Positions 1 through 9,180 of a stretch of DNA of 64,000 bases are shown here, one piece after another. A program made the translations under genes and the position numbers. Under the pieces are notes generated by a model. The model did not search any database and was not told the origin of the DNA. It saw only the letters and a program-made list of their open reading frames with translations. This DNA comes from Phycisphaerales bacterium. GTDB taxonomy: Bacteria; Planctomycetota; Phycisphaerae; Phycisphaerales; SM1A02. The DNA lies in NCBI GenBank assembly GCA_028278245.1, contig JANQEQ010000091.1, positions 12,600 to 76,599 on the forward strand, read 5' to 3'. Numbering within the stretch: position 1 is the first letter of the stretch; each line of letters starts with the position of its first letter.

Positions 1-594
1 GGCGATGGTTGGCTCGTTGGAACCAGCACGTATGCCTCGCAGGACTTCCAGGCTCAGTATGATCAGTATGACACTGTAGCCATGGATGACTTCACGATGC
101 CCTATGATGGTACTGTTACCAGCATCGAAGCAGTCGTTGGAGGATGGAATGGCTTTGGTGGCGCGGCTGAACTGCTTGAGTATCATGTCGCGATCTACGC
201 CTCTCCCGCCGCAGCAGCTACCGGCTTGATTTCCGGTGCTTTTGCATACCTGGGAGTCGTAGCCCCTGATTCCTACGTTGTTGATTTTGAAGGTACGGGC
301 GATCTTGTTCAGTTCAATACGGCATTCGCTCTGACCGCAGGTGACTGGTGGGTCGGTGTCTTCCCCGTGAACGACTTCGGCGGACTCGATGCTGGTCAGA
401 CCGGTATCCGTGGTTCCAGCCAGGGTAACCTGAACGGTTATCAGGCCAACCCCGGTGGCGGCTTCGGCTTCCCCGGTGGCTATCAGCAGATCGATCCTGC
501 TAGCAACCTTGCTTACCGTGTACATGCTGTTCCTGCACCCGGCGCTTTGGCGTTGCTCGGACTGGCCGGCCTCATTGGACGTCGCCGTCGCTAA
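1..594 (+). CDS. Secreted protein with PEP-CTERM-like C-terminal anchor (VPAPGALALLGLAGLIGRRRR); 5' end lies outside the window
   Basis: The ORF frame is open back to base 1. The C-terminus has a Pro-rich motif, a hydrophobic helix and an RRRR tail, identical to the C-terminus of the 1327..1995 paralogue. Confidence 0.6.
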   Translation, partial: GDGWLVGTSTYASQDFQAQYDQYDTVAMDDFTMPYDGTVTSIEAVVGGWNGFGGAAELLEYHVAIYASPAAAATGLISGAFAYLGVVAPDSYVVDFEGTGDLVQFNTAFALTAGDWWVGVFPVNDFGGLDAGQTGIRGSSQGNLNGYQANPGGGFGFPGGYQQIDPASNLAYRVHAVPAPGALALLGLAGLIGRRRR

Positions 595-665
595 TCCGCA
601 ACACCGAAGTCTTGTTGTTTTCTGACGACTACGACTTCAGTTGCTACTACCGCAGTTACTTCCAG

Positions 666-700
666 CCGATCCGTGCAAACGCACGGATCGGTCCTTTTTT
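666..700 (+). terminator. Rho-independent terminator (ccgatccgtgc-aaac-gcacggatcgg followed by a T-run)
   Basis: Perfect 11-bp stem, 4-nt loop and a T6 tract directly after the stop codon. Confidence 0.65.
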
Positions 701-1326
701 ACTCACTAGGCCCACATGGTTCTTTTCTGGTGATCACTGAAGGTGAGTCTGCCAGTGAGTTCAAGCCTACTCCAACACAATTACCCGAACTGCTGCGATA
801 AAACATGAAAAAATTCCATATTTTTCAGGTTTGCCTGATTTAACATCGAAATTGGAATTTGATTGTAACATCCATTGGAACAAGAGCTTGAGTGTGTTTT
901 TGTCACGGGGAAGAGGCAGAATGTATTCACACTCTTTTTAATGTTTTTCTTGACAACGTTATGAGACAGGTCAATCTATAGGTAGCATCTTGCTGTGTGG
1001 CGGAGTCTCTGTAGAGAGAGCGTGGTTCGCATACGAGAATGCGAAGTGTTATGCCCTTGCTCGTGTTCGCTTGAAGCACTCCAGGGATGGTGAGGAAGAA
1101 GCACTCAAGCGCTACACAAATCCACACGTGGGTATGGCATCTTGTGGTGCGTACATGTGCCTTGCACACATGACTGCGCACAAGCTAATCATCTGAGAGA
1201 GAGAAATAATTCAGGCAGTGTCCCTCGCGACTGAGGTAGTCGAGGGTTTGTTCTCTGTTTTCGGTTTGTTTTCTGTTCTCGTTTTCTCAGCGAGAACGCA
1301 GGTAAGAAGATACTAGGAGAATTAGT

Positions 1327-1995
1327 ATGAAAGCACTTATTGGTTTATTGTCTGTAGCGGCACTGACGCTAACGGCAACAGCCGATCCGATCATCTTTGA
1401 TAATGGTGGTCCGGACGGTGTCAACGGCTACAGCGTTGGTGAGCACAGCTTTGGCTGGCGCGAAGTCGCTGATGATTTTGTCCTCGGTGATGAACATGAC
1501 TACTGGTATGTCACCGATGCACACTTCAGTGTCGTCTGGAACAGTAGCGGTGGTCTGGGCAACATCACTCAGGTGAATGTGAACTTCTATGAGGATACTG
1601 GTGCCGGACCGGCAATGACTCCCATGGGAATCTCACCGGGTGTCGTTAATCTTGCTGCCGAAGCCTACACTGGAGCTACCTACTTCGGCCGACAGGAAGT
1701 GGTCTACGATGTTATTTTCGATCCCGTCATGCTGGCATCAGGTGTCACCTACTGGATTTCACTGACCCCGATGGCTTGCCCGGAGAACTTGTTCTGGTTG
1801 AACTCGAACCAGGCTCCCGACATCTTTGGGAATGAATCGTATGTGGACATGGAAGGCTTACACAATAGGTGGACACCCAGTTCAGCCGCCTTCGGCACTG
1901 GCGCCGACATGTCCTTCTATCTGACAGGTGTTCCGGCACCTGGTGCTCTGGCTCTGCTCGGGCTGGCCGGCCTCATTGGTCGTCGTCGTCGCTGA
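1327..1995 (+). CDS. Secreted PEP-CTERM-like protein, paralogue of 1..594
   Basis: Signal peptide MKALIGLLSVAALTLTATA, an AGGAGA RBS, and the same 21-aa C-terminal anchor as the first gene. Confidence 0.7.
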   Translation: MKALIGLLSVAALTLTATADPIIFDNGGPDGVNGYSVGEHSFGWREVADDFVLGDEHDYWYVTDAHFSVVWNSSGGLGNITQVNVNFYEDTGAGPAMTPMGISPGVVNLAAEAYTGATYFGRQEVVYDVIFDPVMLASGVTYWISLTPMACPENLFWLNSNQAPDIFGNESYVDMEGLHNRWTPSSAAFGTGADMSFYLTGVPAPGALALLGLAGLIGRRRR

Positions 1996-2062
1996 TCCAA
2001 AGTACCGGAGTCTTGTTGTTTTCTGACGACTAAGACTTCAATTGCTACGCAATTACTTCCAG

Positions 2063-2096
2063 CCGATCCGTGCAACCGCACGGATCGGTTCTTTTT
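2063..2096 (+). terminator. Rho-independent terminator (near-identical copy of 666..700)
   Basis: ccgatccgtgc-aacc-gcacggatcgg followed by ttcttttt. Confidence 0.65.
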
Positions 2097-2240
2097 GAAT
2101 CTCATACAATCTGGATTTCCTGTGTTTCTACAAGCCGGGGTAAAGCGCAGCGCCGCCCCGGGTACCCGGGCCTGCGTTCACCATCGGTTCACTCCAACCC
2201 GGCTTGGTTTCACAATTACACAGTTGTCCTGTACATCATC

Positions 2241-3437
2241 TCACGCTAACAGTTGCTCGACAGCATTTGCCAACCGTTCATATTCCTCCGGTTGGTTGTA
2301 AATTTGACAGCAGGGTCTGATGAGCCAGTGATCCTGCCAGGGAAAGATCGGCACCTCGATGCGAAATTCGTCGTACAGCCGAACCTGAAATATCTCAGAT
2401 TCACTGAATGACTTTGCCTGCTGGGGTAGCGGAATAGAAACCATTGATCCGAGAAGCGATCCATCGAGAGGTGAGAGCGAATCTGCGTTCCATCGTTGGC
2501 AGAGTAATTGTTGAACCCAAACAGCCAGGTCATGGTTGTGTCGCCGGATTCGATCCCACCCCCATTGATTACCGAATTCGATCGCATCCGGGATGCACAG
2601 CCAACTTTCGATTCCGCGTGTGCCCTGCCAACGGAACTCCTCGGGGAATCCTTCGCCATAGAAATTGCTGATCGTGAGGGGATGAATACCCTCTTGTTTG
2701 TCCGGGTGTACCCAGAGCAATGCGGATCCGGTCGGGGCGCATACCCATTTGTGCAGGTTGCCGACGTAGTAAGCAGCACCGAGTTCTGCTGGGCTGACAT
2801 CAAACATGCCCGGTCCGTGTGCAGAATCGATCAGCACGTCGACGCCTCGTTGTTTGCAATCCTCGACTATGTCCACAACCGGGAAGATCAGTGCGGTCGG
2901 AGATGTGATGTGATCGATGACAACCAGTCGGGTGTGATCCGAAAGTGCAGATGACAAGGCGCTGCGGACTTCATCGGAATTGGTTATCGGTACAGAGATG
3001 TTGACTTCTCGGACCTTGAAGCCGTGGAATTTTGCCAGGTGGTTCACGGTATTGTTGATACCGGGATAGCCATGGTTGGTCATCACGACCTCGTCATGGG
3101 GAGACCATTGAATCGAGCGCATAACGGCATTGAACGCTTCTGTTGCATTGCTGACCAGGCCGAAATCAGCAGGGTTGATCCGAAGGAAATCCCCCACAGA
3201 TTGCTTGATATGAGCCAGCAGTTGCGGTCCATCGCGATCGAGTATCTGCACAGGATCAGCTTCGAATTCACGCACCTTCTGGATCTGTGCTTCCATCACG
3301 GATCGGGGACGAGCTCCGAACGATCCATGGTTGAGAAATGCAATTTCGGGCTTTAGTGCCCAATGCTCTTTGATGTTATCAGCCAGCGGTTCCGGGGGTG
3401 ATACATTGGTTGAAGTGGCTTGTGTGTGTGGGTTCAT
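2241..3437 (-). CDS. Aminotransferase class V (isopenicillin-N epimerase / cysteine desulfurase-like PLP enzyme)
   Basis: 398 aa. NLHKW PLP-lysine region, HGSFGARP N-terminal motif and class-V fold-type I features. Confidence 0.75.
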   Translation of the reverse strand: MNPHTQATSTNVSPPEPLADNIKEHWALKPEIAFLNHGSFGARPRSVMEAQIQKVREFEADPVQILDRDGPQLLAHIKQSVGDFLRINPADFGLVSNATEAFNAVMRSIQWSPHDEVVMTNHGYPGINNTVNHLAKFHGFKVREVNISVPITNSDEVRSALSSALSDHTRLVVIDHITSPTALIFPVVDIVEDCKQRGVDVLIDSAHGPGMFDVSPAELGAAYYVGNLHKWVCAPTGSALLWVHPDKQEGIHPLTISNFYGEGFPEEFRWQGTRGIESWLCIPDAIEFGNQWGWDRIRRHNHDLAVWVQQLLCQRWNADSLSPLDGSLLGSMVSIPLPQQAKSFSESEIFQVRLYDEFRIEVPIFPWQDHWLIRPCCQIYNQPEEYERLANAVEQLLA

Positions 3438-4197
3438 GTGGTAAGCCTATCGTCAATAGGCGTGTAAATCTCCCAGCCAGAGCTTCAGAGTAGGGGTGGT
3501 TTGAAATATTGAAAATTATCTTTTTTTGATCTTGCAATACGGTTCATGTTTGGGTAACGTATTCCGAACAAAATTGCCGATAGAAGTTCAAGGAAAAGTT
3601 CGAATCTGGTCGAGATGCCCTGCTGTGATGAACCCCAAGATTTGGGGGAGCAGAAGCGGCTTTCTACTACGGAGTGATGTATGACCCTTCCACTTGTGCA
3701 AACCGGCCCCGGAGGCAGCTACACAACCTCGTATATCCCCCAGGGATCTCGTCTCCTGGCAGTGACTGGTGGCGGCTCAGGACCGGTAGCGACGGGTAAC
3801 CCGGCTGATGCAAGCAGCAATCAGGGATCAGGGCAGGGTCATGCTCGTCAGCGGTTCGGCCATCGCAGATCTCCCGCCGATCGAACTTCGACAAGGTTCT
3901 CTCCTCAACTTCTGTTGGACCGGCTCCTGAAAATCGATCGGGTATCGCTCAGCGCCGAAGCGATGGCGCGGCAGCGTGATGGGGAGACGCTATCAGAGAA
4001 TCGATCTTCTCGGGCCAACGCAGATTCCCTGTCCATGGCTCTGCGATCGTGGTTGAACGGACAGATGTTGTCCCTTCAGCCGGTGATGACCGCCATTGCC
4101 CAACTCACCGCCTCTGCCCGCCGCTCACACCTCGTCGCCGCCGTCGTAGCGGGGAGTGTTGAGCATCGATTCGGCGAGGATGCCCAGGAGCTTCATC

Positions 4198-4815
4198 ATG
4201 AATCTCACACCCAAGCAGCTCAGGATTCTTCAACTGATTCGCGATCATCGAGTCGCGTATGGTTATTCCCCGACGATGCAGGAACTCGCCGAAGAACTCG
4301 ACATCAGCAAAGTCACCGTGTTCGAGCACGTCGAAGCACTCATCAAAAAAGGCGCGCTCCTGCGCGAAGCCAACAAGGCACGCTCTTTGTCCATTGCTGA
4401 TCATACGATTCTGCCGGACGAAACCCAGCCTTTGACGTTTCCGCTTGTGGGTAAGATTGCTGCCGGTCTTCCCATTGAAAAGTACGCCCAGTCTGATGTG
4501 CTTAATCTCGAGGATCTCTTCGGCCCGCGCATCGGCCAGAAGGGTGGCACCTTTGCGTTGAGAGTCGAAGGTGACTCCATGAAAGATGAAGGCATTCTCG
4601 ACGGCGATTACGTCATCATCGAACGTACAGAAGTCGCGAACAATGGGCAGCGGGTGGTAGCTCTCCTTCCCAACGGCGAAACGACACTCAAGACATTTTT
4701 CAAGGAATCAAATGGTCGTATTCGCCTCCAGCCGGCCAATCCCGATTTTGAGCCGATTATCGTCAAGGACTGCAAAATTCAGGGTATCGTCATCGGCGTT
4801 ATGCGTAGTTATTGA
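4198..4815 (+). CDS. lexA: LexA repressor
   Basis: N-terminus MNLTPKQLRILQLIRDH matches the LexA HTH. The C-terminal S24 peptidase has Ser in GDSM and Lys in the KTF region. The start was chosen at the Met matching the E. coli N-terminus. Confidence 0.9.
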   Translation: MNLTPKQLRILQLIRDHRVAYGYSPTMQELAEELDISKVTVFEHVEALIKKGALLREANKARSLSIADHTILPDETQPLTFPLVGKIAAGLPIEKYAQSDVLNLEDLFGPRIGQKGGTFALRVEGDSMKDEGILDGDYVIIERTEVANNGQRVVALLPNGETTLKTFFKESNGRIRLQPANPDFEPIIVKDCKIQGIVIGVMRSY

Positions 4816-4884
4816 TCGAATTGCTTGCACCACATTTCCATGTGTTGCTTATCGTCACCGAGCACCGTATGGCCATACGGTGCA

Positions 4885-5211
4885 TTATTTATTTTCAGAT
4901 TGAAGATCTTTGAGATTCGGAACCGGGCGTCGGCCGGCGAGCTGATGTCGAATCGCCAGGATCGGATGTTTTAGCAGCATACGCGGACCTGAATAGCGCA
5001 TCACCTCTCTGATCTGATCACGCCGCTCCGGTTTGTAGCAGTGGATCGGACAATGTGCACAGGTCGGTTTCTCATTTCCATAAGGGCAGCGATCCAAACG
5101 AAGTTCAGCATAATCAATCAGTTCCTGGCATTCCGGGCACAGAGTATTGCTGCCTCCGTGCTTATCCCGGCAGTACAGCGCGATCATAATCCTGATCGTT
5201 TTACGTTCCAT
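4885..5211 (-). CDS. Nitrous-oxide-stimulated promoter family protein (YgbA-like Cys-rich small protein)
   Basis: LCPECQELIDYAELRLDRCPYGNEKPTCAHCPIHCYKPERRDQIREVMRYSGPRM matches the YgbA family as recalled. The start is uncertain; the ORF extends to 5259. Confidence 0.55.
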   Translation of the reverse strand: MERKTIRIMIALYCRDKHGGSNTLCPECQELIDYAELRLDRCPYGNEKPTCAHCPIHCYKPERRDQIREVMRYSGPRMLLKHPILAIRHQLAGRRPVPNLKDLQSENK

Positions 5212-5249
5212 CCGGAGGCGACGTATTTTTCGGTTGATGGTGCGGCTGC

Positions 5250-6086
5250 TCATGTCCAACCAAGGGCGAAGAACAGCGCGGTGAAGATGAGGTCGGCGAT
5301 GATGACGGAAACAATAGTCTGCACGACAGTGTCGGTGGTTGCTCGACCGACGCCCGCCGCTCCGCCGGTGACACGCAGGCCGTTGTAGCAGGCCAATGAA
5401 CTCAGGATTAAACCGAAAACTCCTGCTTTGAGTAAACCCGTGGAAAAGTCGGCAAATTTCAACTGATCGATCGTGTTGTTTTTATAGAGTTCATAGGGCA
5501 CATCAAGAAAACCCACGGTCATCAGACCGGCAAAAACGATTGAGGTGACGTTGCCGATGATCGTCAGGAGCACAAGGCTGACGGTTGTGGCAAGGACTCG
5601 GGGTACGACGAGGAATCGAACAGGATTGAGTGCATGCGCTTCCAGTGCTTCGATTTCCTCACCCACGACCATGGTCCCGAGCTCAGCAGCAATCGATGCC
5701 CCGGCAAAACCGGTAAGGACAATCGCAGCGATCAGCGGCCCCAACTCCCGAAAGACCGCCACGGCAACGATGTTGGCAATTTTGTCTCGCTGACCGAAAT
5801 CTGCCAGTGAGGGTTCCATCTGCAACGCAAGAATAAAACCGATGCAGGCGGACACCAGCAGGACAATACCGGTCGATCGAACTCCTGCCCGGACCATCTG
5901 GGTGACGATGGCAGTCCGACCGATACGGACTCTGCGTTGAAATAGGGCACGCATCAACCACACGATCACATCCCAGATCAGGTACGACACACCCCCAACC
6001 AGGCTGAATGTGCGCACCCACAGTCCTCCCCACTGATCCAGCAGGCGGATGAAGATGTTGGGTTGTGACTCAGTTTCAACCGGCAT
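5250..6086 (-). CDS. mlaE: ABC transporter permease, MlaE/Ttg2B family
   Basis: 278 aa multi-TM protein whose conserved MlaE core includes the LGPLIAAIVLTG-like segment. Confidence 0.8.
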   Translation of the reverse strand: MPVETESQPNIFIRLLDQWGGLWVRTFSLVGGVSYLIWDVIVWLMRALFQRRVRIGRTAIVTQMVRAGVRSTGIVLLVSACIGFILALQMEPSLADFGQRDKIANIVAVAVFRELGPLIAAIVLTGFAGASIAAELGTMVVGEEIEALEAHALNPVRFLVVPRVLATTVSLVLLTIIGNVTSIVFAGLMTVGFLDVPYELYKNNTIDQLKFADFSTGLLKAGVFGLILSSLACYNGLRVTGGAAGVGRATTDTVVQTIVSVIIADLIFTALFFALGWT

Positions 6087-6109
6087 GGTTCATCTCCCGA
6101 TGCGAATCA

Positions 6110-6454
6110 TTATTGCATCGCGGTTTCCTTATCCGGGACGATGGTAAACACTGTATCGAGACGCGCGATTTCAAATATTGACATCACCTTAGCCTGCATG
6201 CAGCAGAGAATGAGTTGACCCCCGGATCGGCGGGCTGTCTGCATGGCCTCCACCAGTGTCGCCACCCCGGAGCTATCCATGTAGGGGACGTCGGCCAGGT
6301 CAATGATCAGCTTTTCGGGTTTGTGTTGCTGTACATCACAAATGTGTTCGCGCAGAGCTGGCGCACAGTTCAAATCAACTTCGCCCTGGGGACGCAGAAT
6401 AATGGTGCTGTCATGCGTTTCCGACAGGACGTTAAATTGTTCCGGATTAGCCAT
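6110..6454 (-). CDS. STAS-domain anti-sigma factor antagonist (RsbV/SpoIIAA-like)
   Basis: About 115 aa with the DLADVPYMDSSGVATL STAS motif, including the phosphorylatable Ser. It overlaps the upstream RsbW-like gene by a few nt. Confidence 0.75.
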   Translation of the reverse strand: MANPEQFNVLSETHDSTIILRPQGEVDLNCAPALREHICDVQQHKPEKLIIDLADVPYMDSSGVATLVEAMQTARRSGGQLILCCMQAKVMSIFEIARLDTVFTIVPDKETAMQ

Positions 6455-6959
6455 TTTCCGACTCGCTTTCACGTTTCAGTGAAGTCACGTTGCCAGCTCT
6501 ACCGACCTGCGCTGAGCGGTCAGCAGGTTGTACTTGCTTCCTCATGGTCAATCTCATCCCCTGTTTTTCTCGTTTCTCAAAGAGCACTTCATCCATAATT
6601 TCCCGCATGATGTGAACCCCCAGACCCCCCGGGCGAATGTCTGCCAGATCACGCGACTTGATGGCTTCCAGATCGACTTGCTCAGCCTGATCATCAATCA
6701 CAACTTTGATCTCAGATGGCTCATCATGATTTGCCCAGATGCTGATCCAGATTCTGCCATCGGATCGTTGTTGATAACCGTGCTTGATGATGTTGCAAAG
6801 TGCTTCATCTACCGCCAGGCTGATTTGTCCACATTCGATCTCACTGAATCCCAGCCGTTGAGCGATGTTGCCCACCAGGGCTCGTGCCCCGGAGAGGAAT
6901 CTCGATTGACTGAAAAGCTCAAGTCGAACATCCGGTTCGCGGTGTTGATCAGCCATCCG
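6447..6959 (-). CDS. Anti-sigma regulatory factor, Ser/Thr protein kinase (RsbW-like, HATPase_c)
   Basis: N-box EALCNIIKHG and G-box GGLGVHIM. The internal Met MADQH was chosen as start; the ORF runs to 7091. Confidence 0.7.
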   Translation of the reverse strand, partial: RMADQHREPDVRLELFSQSRFLSGARALVGNIAQRLGFSEIECGQISLAVDEALCNIIKHGYQQRSDGRIWISIWANHDEPSEIKVVIDDQAEQVDLEAIKSRDLADIRPGGLGVHIMREIMDEVLFEKREKQGMRLTMRKQVQPADRSAQVGRAGNVTSLKRESESENG

Positions 6960-7329
6960 CCCCTCCTTCCGGGGCTGCTGATTCAACATCAGGCATGGTG
7001 TATTGGTGAACCCAATTGACCCAGTTGGATATGCCGGCCTGCCGATCAACGCGTGAGAGGGTGAAATCATATCCCAATCGGTCACCGTCATTCAATTGTT
7101 GCAGACATTCGATAGCCATGAATCGCACCGCTGGATCATCAGAATCAAGCTGCTCGACGATTTTCATGAGAGTTTCCGGGCTGTGATCACCACTCTGTGC
7201 CGCTTCCGTGAGGGCGTAGAGTTTCGCTCCGGGAGTGGGGGAGTCAAAACCACCCTGGCTGGCCGGGGGAGCGCAGGCGGTGCATCCCAGCAAAACGAGC
7301 AGAAAGGAACTCATGAACTTGGCATACAT
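6949..7329 (-). CDS. Hypothetical lipoprotein (HEAT-like)
   Basis: Signal peptide plus lipobox LLGCTAC, 126 aa. Confidence 0.45.
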   Translation of the reverse strand: MYAKFMSSFLLVLLGCTACAPPASQGGFDSPTPGAKLYALTEAAQSGDHSPETLMKIVEQLDSDDPAVRFMAIECLQQLNDGDRLGYDFTLSRVDRQAGISNWVNWVHQYTMPDVESAAPEGGADG

Positions 7330-7423
7330 TCACAACAGGATAAGATCCATCACCAGGAAGAGCAAAACACCTCCAGCTCATCGGAACACGGTCGCTGACA
7401 TTGTGCTCAATTGGAGTTTTCTC

Positions 7424-9001
7424 ATGACGGATTCACCCCCGGCGCCGCTGACCTCACCCCACGATGAAATCATCGCAATTCTGGATTTTGGCGGCCAGTA
7501 TGTTCAGCTCATTGCTCGTCGGGTTCGTGAAGCGGGTGCCTTCAGCATGCTCCTGGCACCATCGACCTCGGTGGAGGAAATAAAACGAATCGGACCACGA
7601 GGGATCATACTCTCCGGTGGACCTGCCAGCGTATGCGATGAACAGGCTCCCAGGTGTGATCCCAAAATACTCGATCTTGATATACCCATTCTGGGCATTT
7701 GCTATGGTATGCATCTGACCTGTCAGATGCTCGGTTGCCGCCTGGAGAAAGCACCTGCCCGGGAATACGGACGAGCTCGTCTCACTATCCACGATCAATC
7801 CGATCTGCTGGCTGGCCTGCCGGCACAGACGGCTGTATGGATGAGCCACGGTGACCAGGTGCATGATCTCAGCGATCATTTCCACGTGCTTGCGGAAACC
7901 CCGACTTGTCCCAATGCTGCGGTTCGGCATCGGTCAAAACCCATTTTCGGGGTGCAGTTTCATCCGGAAGTGACACACACGCCGCATGGTGTGGATCTGT
8001 TGCGCAACTTCATCTATGACACCTGCCAGTGTGTGAACACCTGGCGTATGGCTGATTTCATGCAGACGGAAACACATCGGATCAGAGAAGCAGTGGGGGA
8101 CAAACGTGTGATCTGCGGCTTGAGTGGGGGAGTTGATTCGTCAGTCGTCGCTGCTCTGCTGTCTCAGGCAATTGGTGATCAACTCACCTGCATTTTCGTC
8201 GACAATGGCCTGCTGAGGAACAATGAACGATCACTGGTGGAGTCCACTTTCAAAGATCACTTCACCCTGGATTTGCGCGTGATCGACGCAGCCGATGAAT
8301 TTCTTGCCGATCTCAAAGGCGTTACCGATCCTCAGGAGAAGCGCAAAATCATCGGTCACCGATTCATCGATGTCTTTCAGCGCGCTGCGCGTGATATCGC
8401 AGAAGATGTGGAATATCTCGCACAGGGGACGCTTTACCCTGATGTGATTGAGTCAGGACAAGGTCACGCGGGAGAATCTGCGAATATCAAACTTCACCAT
8501 AACGTGGGGGGATTACCTGAACAATTGGGATTCAAACTTATCGAACCGTTGCGCGATCTCTTCAAGGATGAAGTACGCAAACTCGGGGAAGTACTGGGGC
8601 TGCCCGATCACATTATCCATCGTCATCCCTTTCCCGGCCCAGGCCTGGCAGTTCGCGTGCTGGGGGAGGTTACAAAGGATCGTCTGGATCTGCTGCGAGA
8701 TTGTGATGAGATTCTGTTGGAGGAAATTATCGCGAAGAATCTTTACCGCAGCACAAATCAGGTCTTTGCGGTACTCCTGCCCATCCAGGCGGTTGGGGTG
8801 ATGGGTGATGGCAGATCGTATGAATCGGTCGTGGCGATCCGTGCAGTAGAAACGCAGGATTTCATGACGGCGGACTGGGCGCGCATTCCCTATGTTGTCC
8901 TGGCAACGATTAGTAACCGCATTATCAATGAAGTGCCCGGCGTCAACCGTGTGGTGTATGACATCTCATCCAAACCACCCGCCACAATCGAATGGGAATA
9001 A
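7424..9001 (+). CDS. guaA: GMP synthase (glutamine-hydrolysing)
   Basis: Class-I glutamine amidotransferase domain followed by the ATP-pyrophosphatase PP-loop SGGVDSSV and the GMP synthase C-terminal domain ending PATIEWE. Confidence 0.9.
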   Translation: MTDSPPAPLTSPHDEIIAILDFGGQYVQLIARRVREAGAFSMLLAPSTSVEEIKRIGPRGIILSGGPASVCDEQAPRCDPKILDLDIPILGICYGMHLTCQMLGCRLEKAPAREYGRARLTIHDQSDLLAGLPAQTAVWMSHGDQVHDLSDHFHVLAETPTCPNAAVRHRSKPIFGVQFHPEVTHTPHGVDLLRNFIYDTCQCVNTWRMADFMQTETHRIREAVGDKRVICGLSGGVDSSVVAALLSQAIGDQLTCIFVDNGLLRNNERSLVESTFKDHFTLDLRVIDAADEFLADLKGVTDPQEKRKIIGHRFIDVFQRAARDIAEDVEYLAQGTLYPDVIESGQGHAGESANIKLHHNVGGLPEQLGFKLIEPLRDLFKDEVRKLGEVLGLPDHIIHRHPFPGPGLAVRVLGEVTKDRLDLLRDCDEILLEEIIAKNLYRSTNQVFAVLLPIQAVGVMGDGRSYESVVAIRAVETQDFMTADWARIPYVVLATISNRIINEVPGVNRVVYDISSKPPATIEWE

Positions 9002-9180
9002 CCCCCCCCCACACTTCCCCCCCCCACACATACCCACGACATATTGATGCATCCGTAGAAGAACAAGCCGAGGCAGGGCAAAGGGCCGCCTCGGATTCTA
9101 TATATGGGTTATTTAACTTGATCGAAGTTGACGTAATCGATGTATGTGTTTGGAGGAGGGTGTGTGGGGGGGTGGGGGGT
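9002..9180. repeat. Inverted C-tract/G-tract CACAC repeats flanking the convergent guaA terminator region
   Basis: cccccccccacacttcccccccccacaca at the left end and tgtgtgggggggtggggggtt at the right end are reverse complements. A central hairpin ccgaggc...gcctcgg lies between them. Confidence 0.55.

Noticed and set aside
927-1196. Small ORFs of 84 and 68 aa in the AT-rich region upstream of the second PEP-CTERM gene
   Set aside because: They overlap each other on opposite strands in a promoter-like AT-rich region, with no RBS or conserved features.
2246-3356. Several 60-185-aa ORFs on both strands inside the class-V aminotransferase gene
   Set aside because: They are nested in or antisense to a well-supported 398-aa gene.
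4080-4200. Canonical LexA operator immediately upstream of lexA
   Set aside because: No CTGT-N8-ACAG, GAAC-N4-GTTC or GTTC-N7-GTTC motif could be found by eye in the proximal region.
3681-4400. 239-aa ORF on the plus strand between the aminotransferase gene and lexA
   Set aside because: Its last ~200 nt overlap the well-supported lexA N-terminus in another frame. The composition is Gly/Arg/Ser low complexity, typical of spurious ORFs in GC-rich DNA. At most an upstream part might be real.
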